A stretch of DNA of 64,000 nucleotides from a virus. The notes below the pieces were generated by a model. That model had not been told where the DNA came from. It made no database searches and was given only the letters and a program-made list of their open reading frames with translations. Numbering within the stretch: position 1 is the stretch's first letter; each line of letters begins with the position of its first letter. Positions 56,398 to 64,000 of this stretch are shown here, piece after piece. The DNA is taken from IMG/VR virus record IMGVR_UViG_3300035661_000009, positions 32,001 to 96,000 of that record. The stretch is one strand, 5' to 3'. The translations under genes and the position numbers were made by a program.

Positions 56398-56693
56398 TCC
56401 TTGATTCGGATTAGATTAACTGTATAGCTATATGCACAAGTCTCGCAATGCCCACCCTCGTGGATTTCACTGCCTAGATTAATATTCTTTGTGCCAAATT
56501 TTTGGCTAACATTAACTAAGTCATCGAATGATGTATCGTGACACCTAACCTCAATAACAATTGTTTTACGTTCTGGATAATTTTCCCAATTATCGAAATC
56601 AGGCAAAGAAATGTTATGGCTAAACGATAGGTCTTTGCATAATTCCTCCACCTTCTTTTTAAATACATCTTCAGTTTTATTAGTATTGCTCAC
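56379..56693 (-). CDS. Hypothetical protein (paralog of 57572-57964)
   Basis: TKNINLGS...CETCAY. Confidence 0.65.
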   Translation of the reverse strand: MSNTNKTEDVFKKKVEELCKDLSFSHNISLPDFDNWENYPERKTIVIEVRCHDTSFDDLVNVSQKFGTKNINLGSEIHEGGHCETCAYSYTVNLIRIKDWTVEI

Positions 56694-56986
56694 GATAGAC
56701 CCTCGATATGTTGCTCTAGATTACCACTATTGGCGTTCCAAGTCAAGACTGGCTTAGGCTCTGTATATGAATAAATCCATACAGCAGAAGGTACAAATGT
56801 CAATGTTGGCGGATTTTCATGCACAGTATTTTGATCATACAATGGCACGCAACCTGACATTGTAATCTGACCGTCCTTATATTCTTCAAACGTACCAATA
56901 ACCCAGCTATGCCCACTACCCATAGCCTGAATTTCATCACCCTTCTTAAACTTATAGACCATTGTAGATTCCTTTGAACTTACCAC
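56690..56986 (-). CDS. Hypothetical protein
   Basis: ORF; start uncertain. Confidence 0.55.
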   Translation of the reverse strand: MVSSKESTMVYKFKKGDEIQAMGSGHSWVIGTFEEYKDGQITMSGCVPLYDQNTVHENPPTLTFVPSAVWIYSYTEPKPVLTWNANSGNLEQHIEGLS

Positions 56987-57188
56987 TTGGCGTAAAATAC
57001 ATAAAAATATCGGCTGAACGGCTCGTACTAAGAGTTAGTAGTATATATGCTGGTAGTACGCCGCTCATTTTCTCAACAGACTTTTCATAATCTTCATGGT
57101 ACTGCGTATACGTTGCGTCAAGCATACGCTTAATATTATCTAAATCAGTTGGTTGTGGTGGTTGTGGTGGTTGGGGTGGGTTTGTCAT
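56952..57188 (-). CDS. Hypothetical protein (PPQ repeat N-terminus)
   Basis: ORF; operonic. Confidence 0.6.
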   Translation of the reverse strand: MTNPPQPPQPPQPTDLDNIKRMLDATYTQYHEDYEKSVEKMSGVLPAYILLTLSTSRSADIFMYFTPSGKFKGIYNGL

Positions 57189-57192
57189 TTTT

Positions 57193-57399
57193 TTAGAATT
57201 CTTCAGTTACCCAAACTACGCATAGATCGTATTCTTTAGCAATTTTAACTACAATAGATTCACACATGCCGTGAGCCCGCTTAAAGAATTCATCTGCCTT
57301 AGCTTCATTGCCTAGCAATGCACAATAAAGGCAGTGGGTTAACTGTGAGTTATTGATATTGCTTGGGACCTTAACCAGCTTGGGTATATTAGTGTTCAT
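57193..57399 (-). CDS. Hypothetical protein
   Basis: ORF; operonic. Confidence 0.55.
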   Translation of the reverse strand: MNTNIPKLVKVPSNINNSQLTHCLYCALLGNEAKADEFFKRAHGMCESIVVKIAKEYDLCVVWVTEEF

Positions 57400-57571
57400 T
57401 TCTCAGGCTTTTCAGCGAGGTAAACTGCAATTCCATATACAGAGCTAAACAAAGCAGACTTCCACAAACTATCTGTCAATTCACCTTTAAAAATCATAGC
57501 CATAAGAAAGACTGTAGTAAAAATACTACCAGCCTCTAAAATAGCAAATCTAACCGCTTCTTTATTGGTTT

Positions 57572-57964
57572 TCATAGGAATTCTGGATCAATATCCTTGA
57601 TATAAATCTCAATACTATGCAAGCCATTATGGCCGCAAGTATCACAGCCACTATTCATACCTTCTGGTGAGCCGAGATTGATATTAATTGTATTGAGCAA
57701 CTCGCTCAACTTTTGAAGCTGTGCGTGACTAATTTCAACATCCCAGTCATACATTTGACGAAAGACGATGACAAGGCTAGATTTGCTATCCTTCTTAACA
57801 GCAATTCCGTATTTATTCTCCGAATAGCCCCCATTCTTCTTCTCGCCAAGAAGGATTACTTCATTAAATGTAGACCATTGGTCATCACGAAGAATGGGCC
57901 AAATGCGTCGAGCGAGATTAAGTTCTTCGTCATTCATTTGAATCATGCTAGCATTTTTGTACAT
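57572..57964 (-). CDS. Hypothetical protein
   Basis: TININLGS...CDTCGH. Confidence 0.65.
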   Translation of the reverse strand: MYKNASMIQMNDEELNLARRIWPILRDDQWSTFNEVILLGEKKNGGYSENKYGIAVKKDSKSSLVIVFRQMYDWDVEISHAQLQKLSELLNTININLGSPEGMNSGCDTCGHNGLHSIEIYIKDIDPEFL

Positions 57965-57996
57965 TACATAATCCTGTTCTTCGTTGTTAGGAGGCT

Positions 57997-58194
57997 TTAA
58001 TCTTGTGGGATGAGTGTAATTTCTACTTCCCTGACCTTACCACCATAAAGCCTTGCCCGTGTTGTTACATACTTCTTATCTTTGTAAAGGCTGGCGTTAG
58101 TAAGATCTGAATCATTACTGCCAATACCATATTCAGAATCATCATCGCGATATGTATTGGTTTTAGGGACGTAAATGCAATATGCCTTAGCCAT
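57997..58194 (-). CDS. Hypothetical protein
   Basis: TAATG-coupled. Confidence 0.6.
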   Translation of the reverse strand: MAKAYCIYVPKTNTYRDDDSEYGIGSNDSDLTNASLYKDKKYVTTRARLYGGKVREVEITLIPQD

Positions 58195-58418
58195 TAGATG
58201 TCCAAATCAAACAAAAAAGGCTTAATATCAACCGGACGGATAAAATACTTCTCTTTATTGCCAGAAATGGCTTCAAACATCTCTCTAATAGCAATAGCTT
58301 GCGGGGCTGGATAAGTAAATGCGTTATTTGGGTCATTATGCCAAATGCTGTTTTCGTCAATATACTGAATACGCGGCTTTCCAGCGTATTCAATCTTAGT
58401 GCAAATAACGTATCGCAT
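58194..58418 (-). CDS. Hypothetical protein
   Basis: GAGG SD after promoter. Confidence 0.65.
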   Translation of the reverse strand: MRYVICTKIEYAGKPRIQYIDENSIWHNDPNNAFTYPAPQAIAIREMFEAISGNKEKYFIRPVDIKPFLFDLDI

Positions 58419-58454
58419 TGTCGCCTCAGTCGTTTGGGTTGTTGCCGCTAACCA

Positions 58455-58483
58455 ACCCTACCACGGTCGGTTTCCGGTTGCAA
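58455..58483 (-). promoter_or_regulatory. Promoter TTGCAA-N17-TAGGGT
   Basis: Repeated family. Confidence 0.75.
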
Positions 58484-58656
58484 GGGGCCGGGCAAGCTAG
58501 CTTTTAGGGAACCACAGCAACCAACTAATGAGAATTATAAGCAGAAGCGGCCAAATAGCCTCTATAATAGCTAAGACACCCATAATAACAACAAAGCCAA
58601 TAACAGCCAAGCCGCCCCAAAATGGATGTGTATTGCCAGAGCCGGACATGTTTATT

Positions 58657-58932
58657 TTAATCCTTTACGATTGGTACGAAGTTAATCTCTACGGGGTAAG
58701 GTACCTCTTGTGGATTGCCCATATCTCCATTGATTGAATCAAAGTATTCGGGAACAATACCATACATACCCGGAACAATACAGGCTACATCGAAGTAAAG
58801 TTGGGAGCCATCAGTAAATGCAATACGGATTACATTAACCGCTGACATATCTACATGTTTAATGGTCTTGCCTTCAATCTTCTGTGCGATTAGTCGCCTA
58901 GCTGATTCGTGAATTTGATTATTTGAAGTCAT
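58657..58932 (-). CDS. Hypothetical protein
   Basis: AGGAG SD; IEGKTIK.V......I.FTDGS pattern. Confidence 0.7.
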   Translation of the reverse strand: MTSNNQIHESARRLIAQKIEGKTIKHVDMSAVNVIRIAFTDGSQLYFDVACIVPGMYGIVPEYFDSINGDMGNPQEVPYPVEINFVPIVKD

Positions 58933-59186
58933 AAAATTCTCCTGTATCTATATTAACAACAATCATTTCGCCAGTATTATTGACCAATACCAGAGCTTCT
59001 ACTTGTAAAACGTCGATATGACTACAAAAATGCTCTCGAATATGTAATTCCCGGACACTCCCACTGTATTGATTGCCAGGGTTTTGTATGAATACGACTT
59101 AAGCTATACATAGCGGCTAATTTGTTATAATTCGGATAAAATGAGAACATTATTAATAGTTTAGTTGTTTATTGATTTAAATTTAA

Positions 59187-59271
59187 TAGTCTGGGTGGGA
59201 TTTGAACCCACAATCCCTTACGGGCCGTTTATTTTGAGTAAACGCTGTATTCCAATTCCAAGCACCAGACC
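59187..59271 (-). tRNA. tRNA-Leu(CAA)
   Basis: GTTTA-CTCAAAA-TAAAC anticodon arm, long variable arm CCC-GTAA-GGG, GTGGG-TTCAAAT-CCCAC. Confidence 0.9.
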
Positions 59272-59318
59272 TTAAATATTTATCTTATCTATTAAAGCAT
59301 AAGCTCTTTTATAATTTG

Positions 59319-59393
59319 TAGCTGGGACGGGATTCGAACCCGTACTGTAAAGATTTTAAGTCTTCTGTCTCCTGCCAGTTGGACTACCCAGCC
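59319..59393 (-). tRNA. tRNA-Leu(TAA), short variable arm
   Basis: GGCTGGG acceptor stem, GAAGA-CTTAAAA-TCTTT, ACGGG-TTCGAAT-CCCGT. Confidence 0.88.
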
Positions 59394-59462
59394 ATATACT
59401 ATCTACTACATGCCCACCCAGAACGTCAAGTTAAAGGCTTGAGCTTAGGTGGGCAAGTCTCT

Positions 59463-59714
59463 TTATCGAAACTTCATATAATCTTCTGTCCAGTCAATTT
59501 CATATGATTCGTCTGAATTTTCTGAACATTTAACGACTGACTTACAATGTTCTTTGATTACTACAAACCATTCCTCACCCTTACAAATAGCGCAATCAAC
59601 GAAGACATTTGCATATTTATCGTTTGGATGGCCACCACCCGGTTTGGCGTAATTATAAAATGCTTCAACTGTTTTAAGTTGGGGCTCGTCTGGATTGTTT
59701 GTATTATCTACCAT
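59463..59714 (-). CDS. Hypothetical protein
   Basis: ORF; operonic. Confidence 0.6.
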   Translation of the reverse strand: MVDNTNNPDEPQLKTVEAFYNYAKPGGGHPNDKYANVFVDCAICKGEEWFVVIKEHCKSVVKCSENSDESYEIDWTEDYMKFR

Positions 59715-59717
59715 AGA

Positions 59718-59924
59718 TTATTTAATTGTCAATTGTGGCAGTTTGTTTAAAAGTTCTATGATTTTATCAACATGAATTATCGTATTATAAAGCGCAAGAC
59801 CGGCAGCTTCATAGGACTCTTGAGTAGAATACGAGCTATTTGTCTTATGCTCGTCAAAAGCGAATTCGAGCCAACCCTTTAAATCATCAATTTTAATTTC
59901 TTTTCGCACATTTACGACTCCCAC
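59718..59924 (-). CDS. Hypothetical protein
   Basis: ORF; start uncertain. Confidence 0.5.
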   Translation of the reverse strand: MGVVNVRKEIKIDDLKGWLEFAFDEHKTNSSYSTQESYEAAGLALYNTIIHVDKIIELLNKLPQLTIK

Positions 59925-60139
59925 CAGATTGATTCAAAATCATTCGGATCGGACTCTTCATAAGCGTCGATATTAGTGTCTTCTTCGATTTCTTCACGAA
60001 GAATCTTCTCTTCCTTAACTTCGCGCTTATCCTTATGTGCGCCAGACTTGCGCTTGCTAAGCGCGTGGGCCCATGCCACCCCCGACCGACGCTTAGGACC
60101 TTGCATAGCCCGCTTAATCTTGCTCCTGCCCTTGCCCAT
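59912..60139 (-). CDS. Basic/acidic bipartite small protein
   Basis: After promoter; RKSGAHKDKR. Confidence 0.65.
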   Translation of the reverse strand: MGKGRSKIKRAMQGPKRRSGVAWAHALSKRKSGAHKDKREVKEEKILREEIEEDTNIDAYEESDPNDFESIWWES

Positions 60140-60193
60140 TGTCTCGCCTTGCCTTTTGGTTGCCGGTCTTGCCGGTCTTGCTGGTGTTACCCA

Positions 60194-60222
60194 ACCCTAC
60201 CACGGTCGTTTCGTAAGGGCAA
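60194..60222 (-). promoter_or_regulatory. Promoter TTGCCC-N17-TAGGGT
   Basis: Repeated family. Confidence 0.7.
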
Positions 60223-60224
60223 GG

Positions 60225-60467
60225 TCACGGCAGAGTCTCGACGGCAGAGCCGACGGCAAGCCCGCCATAATCCCACTCATCTGCCATATATTCGATAGCG
60301 GACCAATCTCTTGGAGTCATTTCTTCTTTACTCATTCCGGGAGGAAGTAACCAATCGTACTCTGGAGTTATAGTAAATCCTCTAGATTCTAGATAGTTTA
60401 CTGCTTGGGTATCCCAAGATGTTTCGTGTTCCCAATAATCACGAAGTTCTTTGCTTGCTTGTGACAT
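60225..60467 (-). CDS. Hypothetical protein
   Basis: YLESRGFT...AIEYMADEWDYG. Confidence 0.7.
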   Translation of the reverse strand: MSQASKELRDYWEHETSWDTQAVNYLESRGFTITPEYDWLLPPGMSKEEMTPRDWSAIEYMADEWDYGGLAVGSAVETLP

Positions 60468-60473
60468 ATTTTC

Positions 60474-60872
60474 TTACCAACTAGCCATGTAAAAGAGCTT
60501 CATATCTGGATGAGCTTCGATATATTTTACCGCTCTGTCAATGATATTCAAAGTTTCATCGATATCTTCAAAATAAAAGTCGGTATAATTAGTATTTCCG
60601 AAGAAAAACCCGCTTTCAGTAGGTAGGATTTCGCTTGCCTTATCGTGATCATTCTTTACACTTAAGCAAGAGTTCCGCAAAGACAATAAACTAACTAAAC
60701 TAATCTCCGTCTCTTGGCATTCGTCAATGCCGTCTTGACAATTATCTACAAACCACTTATGAATTGCGTTGGCCTTTCGCCAATATCCTAGCTGATGTGG
60801 AGGAGAGATATGATCTCCATTTTCATCATACCCACCCTTTAGCTTTGCGTGTAGAAACATATCTAATCCCAT
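60474..60872 (-). CDS. Phage hypothetical protein (MGLDM...YWRKANAIH type)
   Basis: Motif set YWRKANAIHKWFV, LPT.SGFFFG, Y.ASW; AAGGAG SD. Confidence 0.8.
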   Translation of the reverse strand: MGLDMFLHAKLKGGYDENGDHISPPHQLGYWRKANAIHKWFVDNCQDGIDECQETEISLVSLLSLRNSCLSVKNDHDKASEILPTESGFFFGNTNYTDFYFEDIDETLNIIDRAVKYIEAHPDMKLFYMASW

Positions 60873-61136
60873 TTTATGGCTCCTTGTCAGTTATTTAGTT
60901 GCTTAATTATTTAGTTGCTTAATTATTTAGTTGCTTAATTATTTAAGCGGTTTAAATGCTTCGTATCTATCTTTATGGATAGCAATATCCGTAAGCAGCC
61001 CTCTTACGGTTTCTTTCAATCCTTTGCCCCATGTGTGAGAAGCATGCTTAATAGCTTATTGCTAACTGAGTCAGTTAGCTCATCTAATTCCATGTCTGCC
61101 CAAAGCTCTATTTTCTTTGTTTTCATAATTACTTAT

Positions 61137-61394
61137 TTAATTACCACTACTGCCACTAACACTATAACTGCCACTAACACTATAACTACCACTCTGACTA
61201 CTACTACTACTATAACTACTGCCACTAACACTATAACTACCACTAAAACTATAACTAACACTACCACTAACACTAAAACTATCTCTATCACTACCACTAT
61301 AACTATAATTACCACTACGCCAATGCTTCAAATACCAAGGTATTGGAGGATAATTTCTAACTACTCTAGTATGACTAGTAAGTCTAGTTTTCAT
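61137..61394 (-). CDS. (SX)n peptide, satellite copy
   Basis: Same leader and core as the main array. Confidence 0.75.
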   Translation of the reverse strand: MKTRLTSHTRVVRNYPPIPWYLKHWRSGNYSYSGSDRDSFSVSGSVSYSFSGSYSVSGSSYSSSSSQSGSYSVSGSYSVSGSSGN

Positions 61395-61404
61395 AATTAC
61401 TTAT

Positions 61405-61695
61405 TTAATTACCACTACTGCCACTAACACTATAACTACCACTATAACTACTACCACCAAAACTACTACCACTATAACTACCACTATTACTAACACCATT
61501 ACTGACACTACCACTACCACTATAACTACGACTACGACTACCGCTACCACTATAACTACTACCACCAAAACTACCACTACCACTACCACTAAGACTACCA
61601 CTATAACTATTACTACTACGCCAATGCTTCAAATACCAAAGTATTGAAGGATGACATCTGGTAAGTCTGGTAAGTCTGGTAAGTCTAGTTTTCAT
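61405..61695 (-). CDS. (SX)n peptide, satellite copy
   Basis: Same leader and core as the main array. Confidence 0.75.
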   Translation of the reverse strand: MKTRLTRLTRLTRCHPSILWYLKHWRSSNSYSGSLSGSGSGSFGGSSYSGSGSRSRSYSGSGSVSNGVSNSGSYSGSSFGGSSYSGSYSVSGSSGN

Positions 61696-61708
61696 GAATT
61701 TGATTAAT

Positions 61709-61805
61709 AGACATGTAGGAATCGAACCTACCTCTCCAAAGTTTCACCAGAACTTCATAGGAATCGAACCTATCTTCTAAGATATCACCAGATTTTATAA
61801 TGTCC
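61709..61805 (-). ncRNA. tRNA-like RNA with two T-arms and no anticodon arm
   Basis: GGACAT...ATGTCT closing stem; ATAGG-TTCGATT-CCTAT and GTAGG-TTCGATT-CCTAC, each preceded by a CTGGTGA loop. Confidence 0.6.
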
Positions 61806-61822
61806 ACCTCTTACGAGACGGC

Positions 61823-62125
61823 TTAAACAGTTTCAGTTGAATCTGTTGAATCTGTTGAATCTGTTTCTGTTTCTGAAGAAATAGCTGTAACTACAACATC
61901 TTCAGATCCCGTAGGCGTAGGATCTTCATCTAACCCTAGGTCGCGAAGTAAATTCGCACCTACATCTGAATCAGTTAATCCGGTTACATCTACTGAGATT
62001 ACACCAAGGCTCTTGCCAACTAGATAGTTGTTGGCTGGGTCTTTAAGAAAGGCCTTTAGGTTCTTGGGTGTTACAGAGATTATGCTTCCATTGTTTTCTA
62101 CAATTAAATTTTTCGGGCGAGCCAT
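61823..62125 (-). CDS. Hypothetical protein (MARPK start, acidic tail)
   Basis: First ORF after promoter 62234-62262. Confidence 0.7.
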   Translation of the reverse strand: MARPKNLIVENNGSIISVTPKNLKAFLKDPANNYLVGKSLGVISVDVTGLTDSDVGANLLRDLGLDEDPTPTGSEDVVVTAISSETETDSTDSTDSTETV

Positions 62126-62233
62126 TGTGTCTTCTTTCTATTGATGTTCGAGGTTACTTTATTGTACTTTACTACGTTTCGGTTTCTTATTCTTACTCTT
62201 ATTGCTAACTTACCTTACCGCTCCTACTTCCTC

Positions 62234-62262
62234 ACCCTACCACACCCCTTAACTGTTTGCAA
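62234..62262 (-). promoter_or_regulatory. Promoter TTGCAA-N17-TAGGGT
   Basis: Repeated family. Confidence 0.7.
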
Positions 62263-62608
62263 CGGCTACTGCCGGATTACCTGTTGACTCTACATAAGTA
62301 GTAGAATCAACCCCAACACCAGATAGATCAATTAATGCATTTGCTAGCGCCCGAGCGGCAGCTACGTGGCCACCACGCTTAGGATTAAACTTATCTAGTG
62401 GATTGCGCTTACTTACACCTACATAACTTCGTCCCATCTTGTTACCGATCAACACTACCATAAAATTGCCATCTCGGTGAATACTCTCTACCTTATAATC
62501 AGATAGAAGGTTGGCTGTGTGATTCATAGTATCTGAATCAAAGCCAGACTTCTTAAGGTTACGTACAACGCCCGGCAACATCGTGGATAGATCTAGTTCT
62601 AGGTTCAT
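62249..62608 (-). CDS. Hypothetical protein
   Basis: GVSKRNPLDKFNPKRG..VA..RA pattern. Confidence 0.7.
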   Translation of the reverse strand: MNLELDLSTMLPGVVRNLKKSGFDSDTMNHTANLLSDYKVESIHRDGNFMVVLIGNKMGRSYVGVSKRNPLDKFNPKRGGHVAAARALANALIDLSGVGVDSTTYVESTGNPAVAVANS

Positions 62609-62656
62609 ATGGTCTTTGTTTGTTTGGTTCTTGTTTAATGTTTAACTACTATTTAA

Positions 62657-62890
62657 CTACTGTTTAACTACCGTACATGGCCTATAATTCTCGATAATTT
62701 TGATTAATGCTAATGCTTCTCTTAATACAGTATCTCTATGTATTTCTTTTGGCCAGTATTTTAACCACGTACTCTGGTTCTTATAGAATAGGTAATACAT
62801 ATCATAGGATATGAATATTCGTGGTGTGTAAATCTTATAATCACCTTTATTAAAGATTATGTACGGACCTGATCTCGTCTGAGTGAACAT
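62657..62890 (-). CDS. Small protein, five-gene paralog family
   Basis: C-terminal RDTVLREALALIK. Confidence 0.65.
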   Translation of the reverse strand: MFTQTRSGPYIIFNKGDYKIYTPRIFISYDMYYLFYKNQSTWLKYWPKEIHRDTVLREALALIKIIENYRPCTVVKQ

Positions 62891-62931
62891 AGTCTTTGCT
62901 TTCCTACGCCTTCCTACGCTTTCCTTTCAAG

Positions 62932-63204
62932 CTATGCCAAACTAATAAAAATGTCGTAAGTTGGCGGCAACATTCGTCGACGAGCGAGTTTATCTGCTTT
63001 AATGACTTCATTAGCTAATCTCAGCATATCGTTTCTATTTAAAGAACACGCAAATTCAAGCACCCAGCGAGTTAAATAAGTAATCTCGCCTGAGTAATAG
63101 ATAGTATATCTTCTACCTCCCACTCCCCTTCTAGGGAGGTAGAGGATGTATTTATCTTTCTTTAATATAGGGAGCATGTTATCCCCAGATGCTTTAATCC
63201 ACAT
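62932..63204 (-). CDS. Small protein, five-gene paralog family
   Basis: MW start; RNDMLRLANEVIK. Confidence 0.65.
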   Translation of the reverse strand: MWIKASGDNMLPILKKDKYILYLPRRGVGGRRYTIYYSGEITYLTRWVLEFACSLNRNDMLRLANEVIKADKLARRRMLPPTYDIFISLA

Positions 63205-63217
63205 TATCTATCCTTAT

Positions 63218-63448
63218 CTATCCTTGAAAGGCGTCGGAACTTTTAAATAGCTTAATAACTTTGTTCGCTTTAACGAGCATTGAGTCTCTTTCGTCTATTG
63301 TGCCGTGAATATTGAATAATTCAACGATGGGCGGTTCGGTATTAATAAGCATCCAACTGGAATTATTTATGTTTGGAGCAGACAATACAAAGCATTTATC
63401 TTTAGTTAGATAGATTCTCTCATTATCTATTACATAGGCTGTCCACAT
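63218..63448 (-). CDS. Small protein, five-gene paralog family
   Basis: MW start; RDSMLVKANKVIK. Confidence 0.65.
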   Translation of the reverse strand: MWTAYVIDNERIYLTKDKCFVLSAPNINNSSWMLINTEPPIVELFNIHGTIDERDSMLVKANKVIKLFKSSDAFQG

Positions 63449-63666
63449 TAATATCCGCCATCCTTTATAAAAAGATTTGCTTGGCTTAAAGCACCCACTC
63501 GATGTTCTTTTTTATAATACGACAAAGTTAATACTAAATTGCCGCGTCTAAATAATCTCCAATAATTGCCTGTCCATGTGGGTGGAACTAATTCCCAAAC
63601 TAGCCCATTTATAGTCTTAATGAGGACGGAGGTCTGACTATGAGGTGGTCGCTTATTAATCCACAT
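63448..63666 (-). CDS. Small protein, five-gene paralog family
   Basis: MW start; WELVPP; RVGALSQANLFIK. Confidence 0.65.
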   Translation of the reverse strand: MWINKRPPHSQTSVLIKTINGLVWELVPPTWTGNYWRLFRRGNLVLTLSYYKKEHRVGALSQANLFIKDGGY

Positions 63667-63668
63667 AA

Positions 63669-63920
63669 TTAAAATTCCGGATCTAATCGGCTTTCATAAT
63701 GTTCTTTAATGAATTTATTGGCTTGACGCAAACCATCTATACGATTTTCGCATTCCATTCTCAATACCTGATAATTATTCTTAAATAATTGCCAATGTAG
63801 ATTAAAACTGTTTGGTGGATCTAATTCCCACCGGTCTGCAAAACCGCCATGGCGGTTTAAGTATGGCTGTCTATTTGGCATAATTCTTAGCAAGAAGAAT
63901 CGACCACCGCTAATCCACAT
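63669..63920 (-). CDS. Small protein, five-gene paralog family
   Basis: MW start; WELDPP; RIDGLRQANKFIK. Confidence 0.65.
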   Translation of the reverse strand: MWISGGRFFLLRIMPNRQPYLNRHGGFADRWELDPPNSFNLHWQLFKNNYQVLRMECENRIDGLRQANKFIKEHYESRLDPEF

Positions 63921-64000
63921 TATCTAATCCTGTTAATGGTTTTTAATGCTTCGATGCACACGACATCTCTGTTGGTTGACGCGCCCCAAGATAGGATGTA

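Noticed and set aside
42525-61601. Poly-Val (-) and poly-Thr (+) ORFs overlapping the peptide genes
   Set aside because: Shadow frames of the AGT-NNT repeat, with no consistent start or conserved leader.
41481-61695. Complete classical RiPP cluster (YcaO, lanthipeptide, radical SAM, lasso)
   Set aside because: No such enzymes or transporters are recognisable in this window. RiPP-like processing remains a hypothesis needing enzymes encoded elsewhere.
1-64000. Stop-codon reassignment
   Set aside because: Long conserved genes are intact in the standard code; TAA, TAG and TGA all end genes at sensible positions; no suppressor tRNA was seen.
63976-64000. Divergent + strand promoter (TTGACG-N17-TA...)
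   Set aside because: The -10 box is cut off by the window edge and cannot be verified.

Overview
This is a 64-kb segment of a large tailed dsDNA phage genome, probably contractile-tailed. It is AT-rich and uses the standard genetic code. (1) 1-19.0 kb (+) is a replication/metabolism module: C-terminus of a class II ribonucleotide reductase, DnaE-type polymerase with a mini-intein, gp32-like SSB, RecA/UvsX, primase, DnaB helicase with a LAGLIDADG intein, ClpP-like protease, peptide deformylase and two metallophosphoesterases. (2) 19.0-34.0 kb (-) encodes baseplate/tail proteins and a catalytically degenerate deaminase. (3) 34-39 kb (+) and 39.4-64 kb (-) are converging arms of small early/accessory genes. 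They carry four tRNAs, a GT4-like glycosyltransferase, a repeated TTG(ACG/CAA)-N17-TAGGGT promoter, a GC-rich island at the convergence point and many short tandem duplications. The standout is a family of 25 intact small genes (23 at 41.5-48.9 kb, 2 at 61.1-61.7 kb, plus 2 remnants). Each encodes a conserved basic/aromatic leader (MKT(RLT)n..[YH]P[SP]IPW[YS]xxxWRS) followed by a unique (Ser-X)n core built almost entirely from AGT-NNT hexamers. Inside the main array is one Sm/LSm-fold-like gene that shares a promoter and terminator with one peptide gene. A tRNA-like RNA with two T-arms lies directly upstream of the satellite pair. All functional calls come from motif recognition by eye; no database searches were run.
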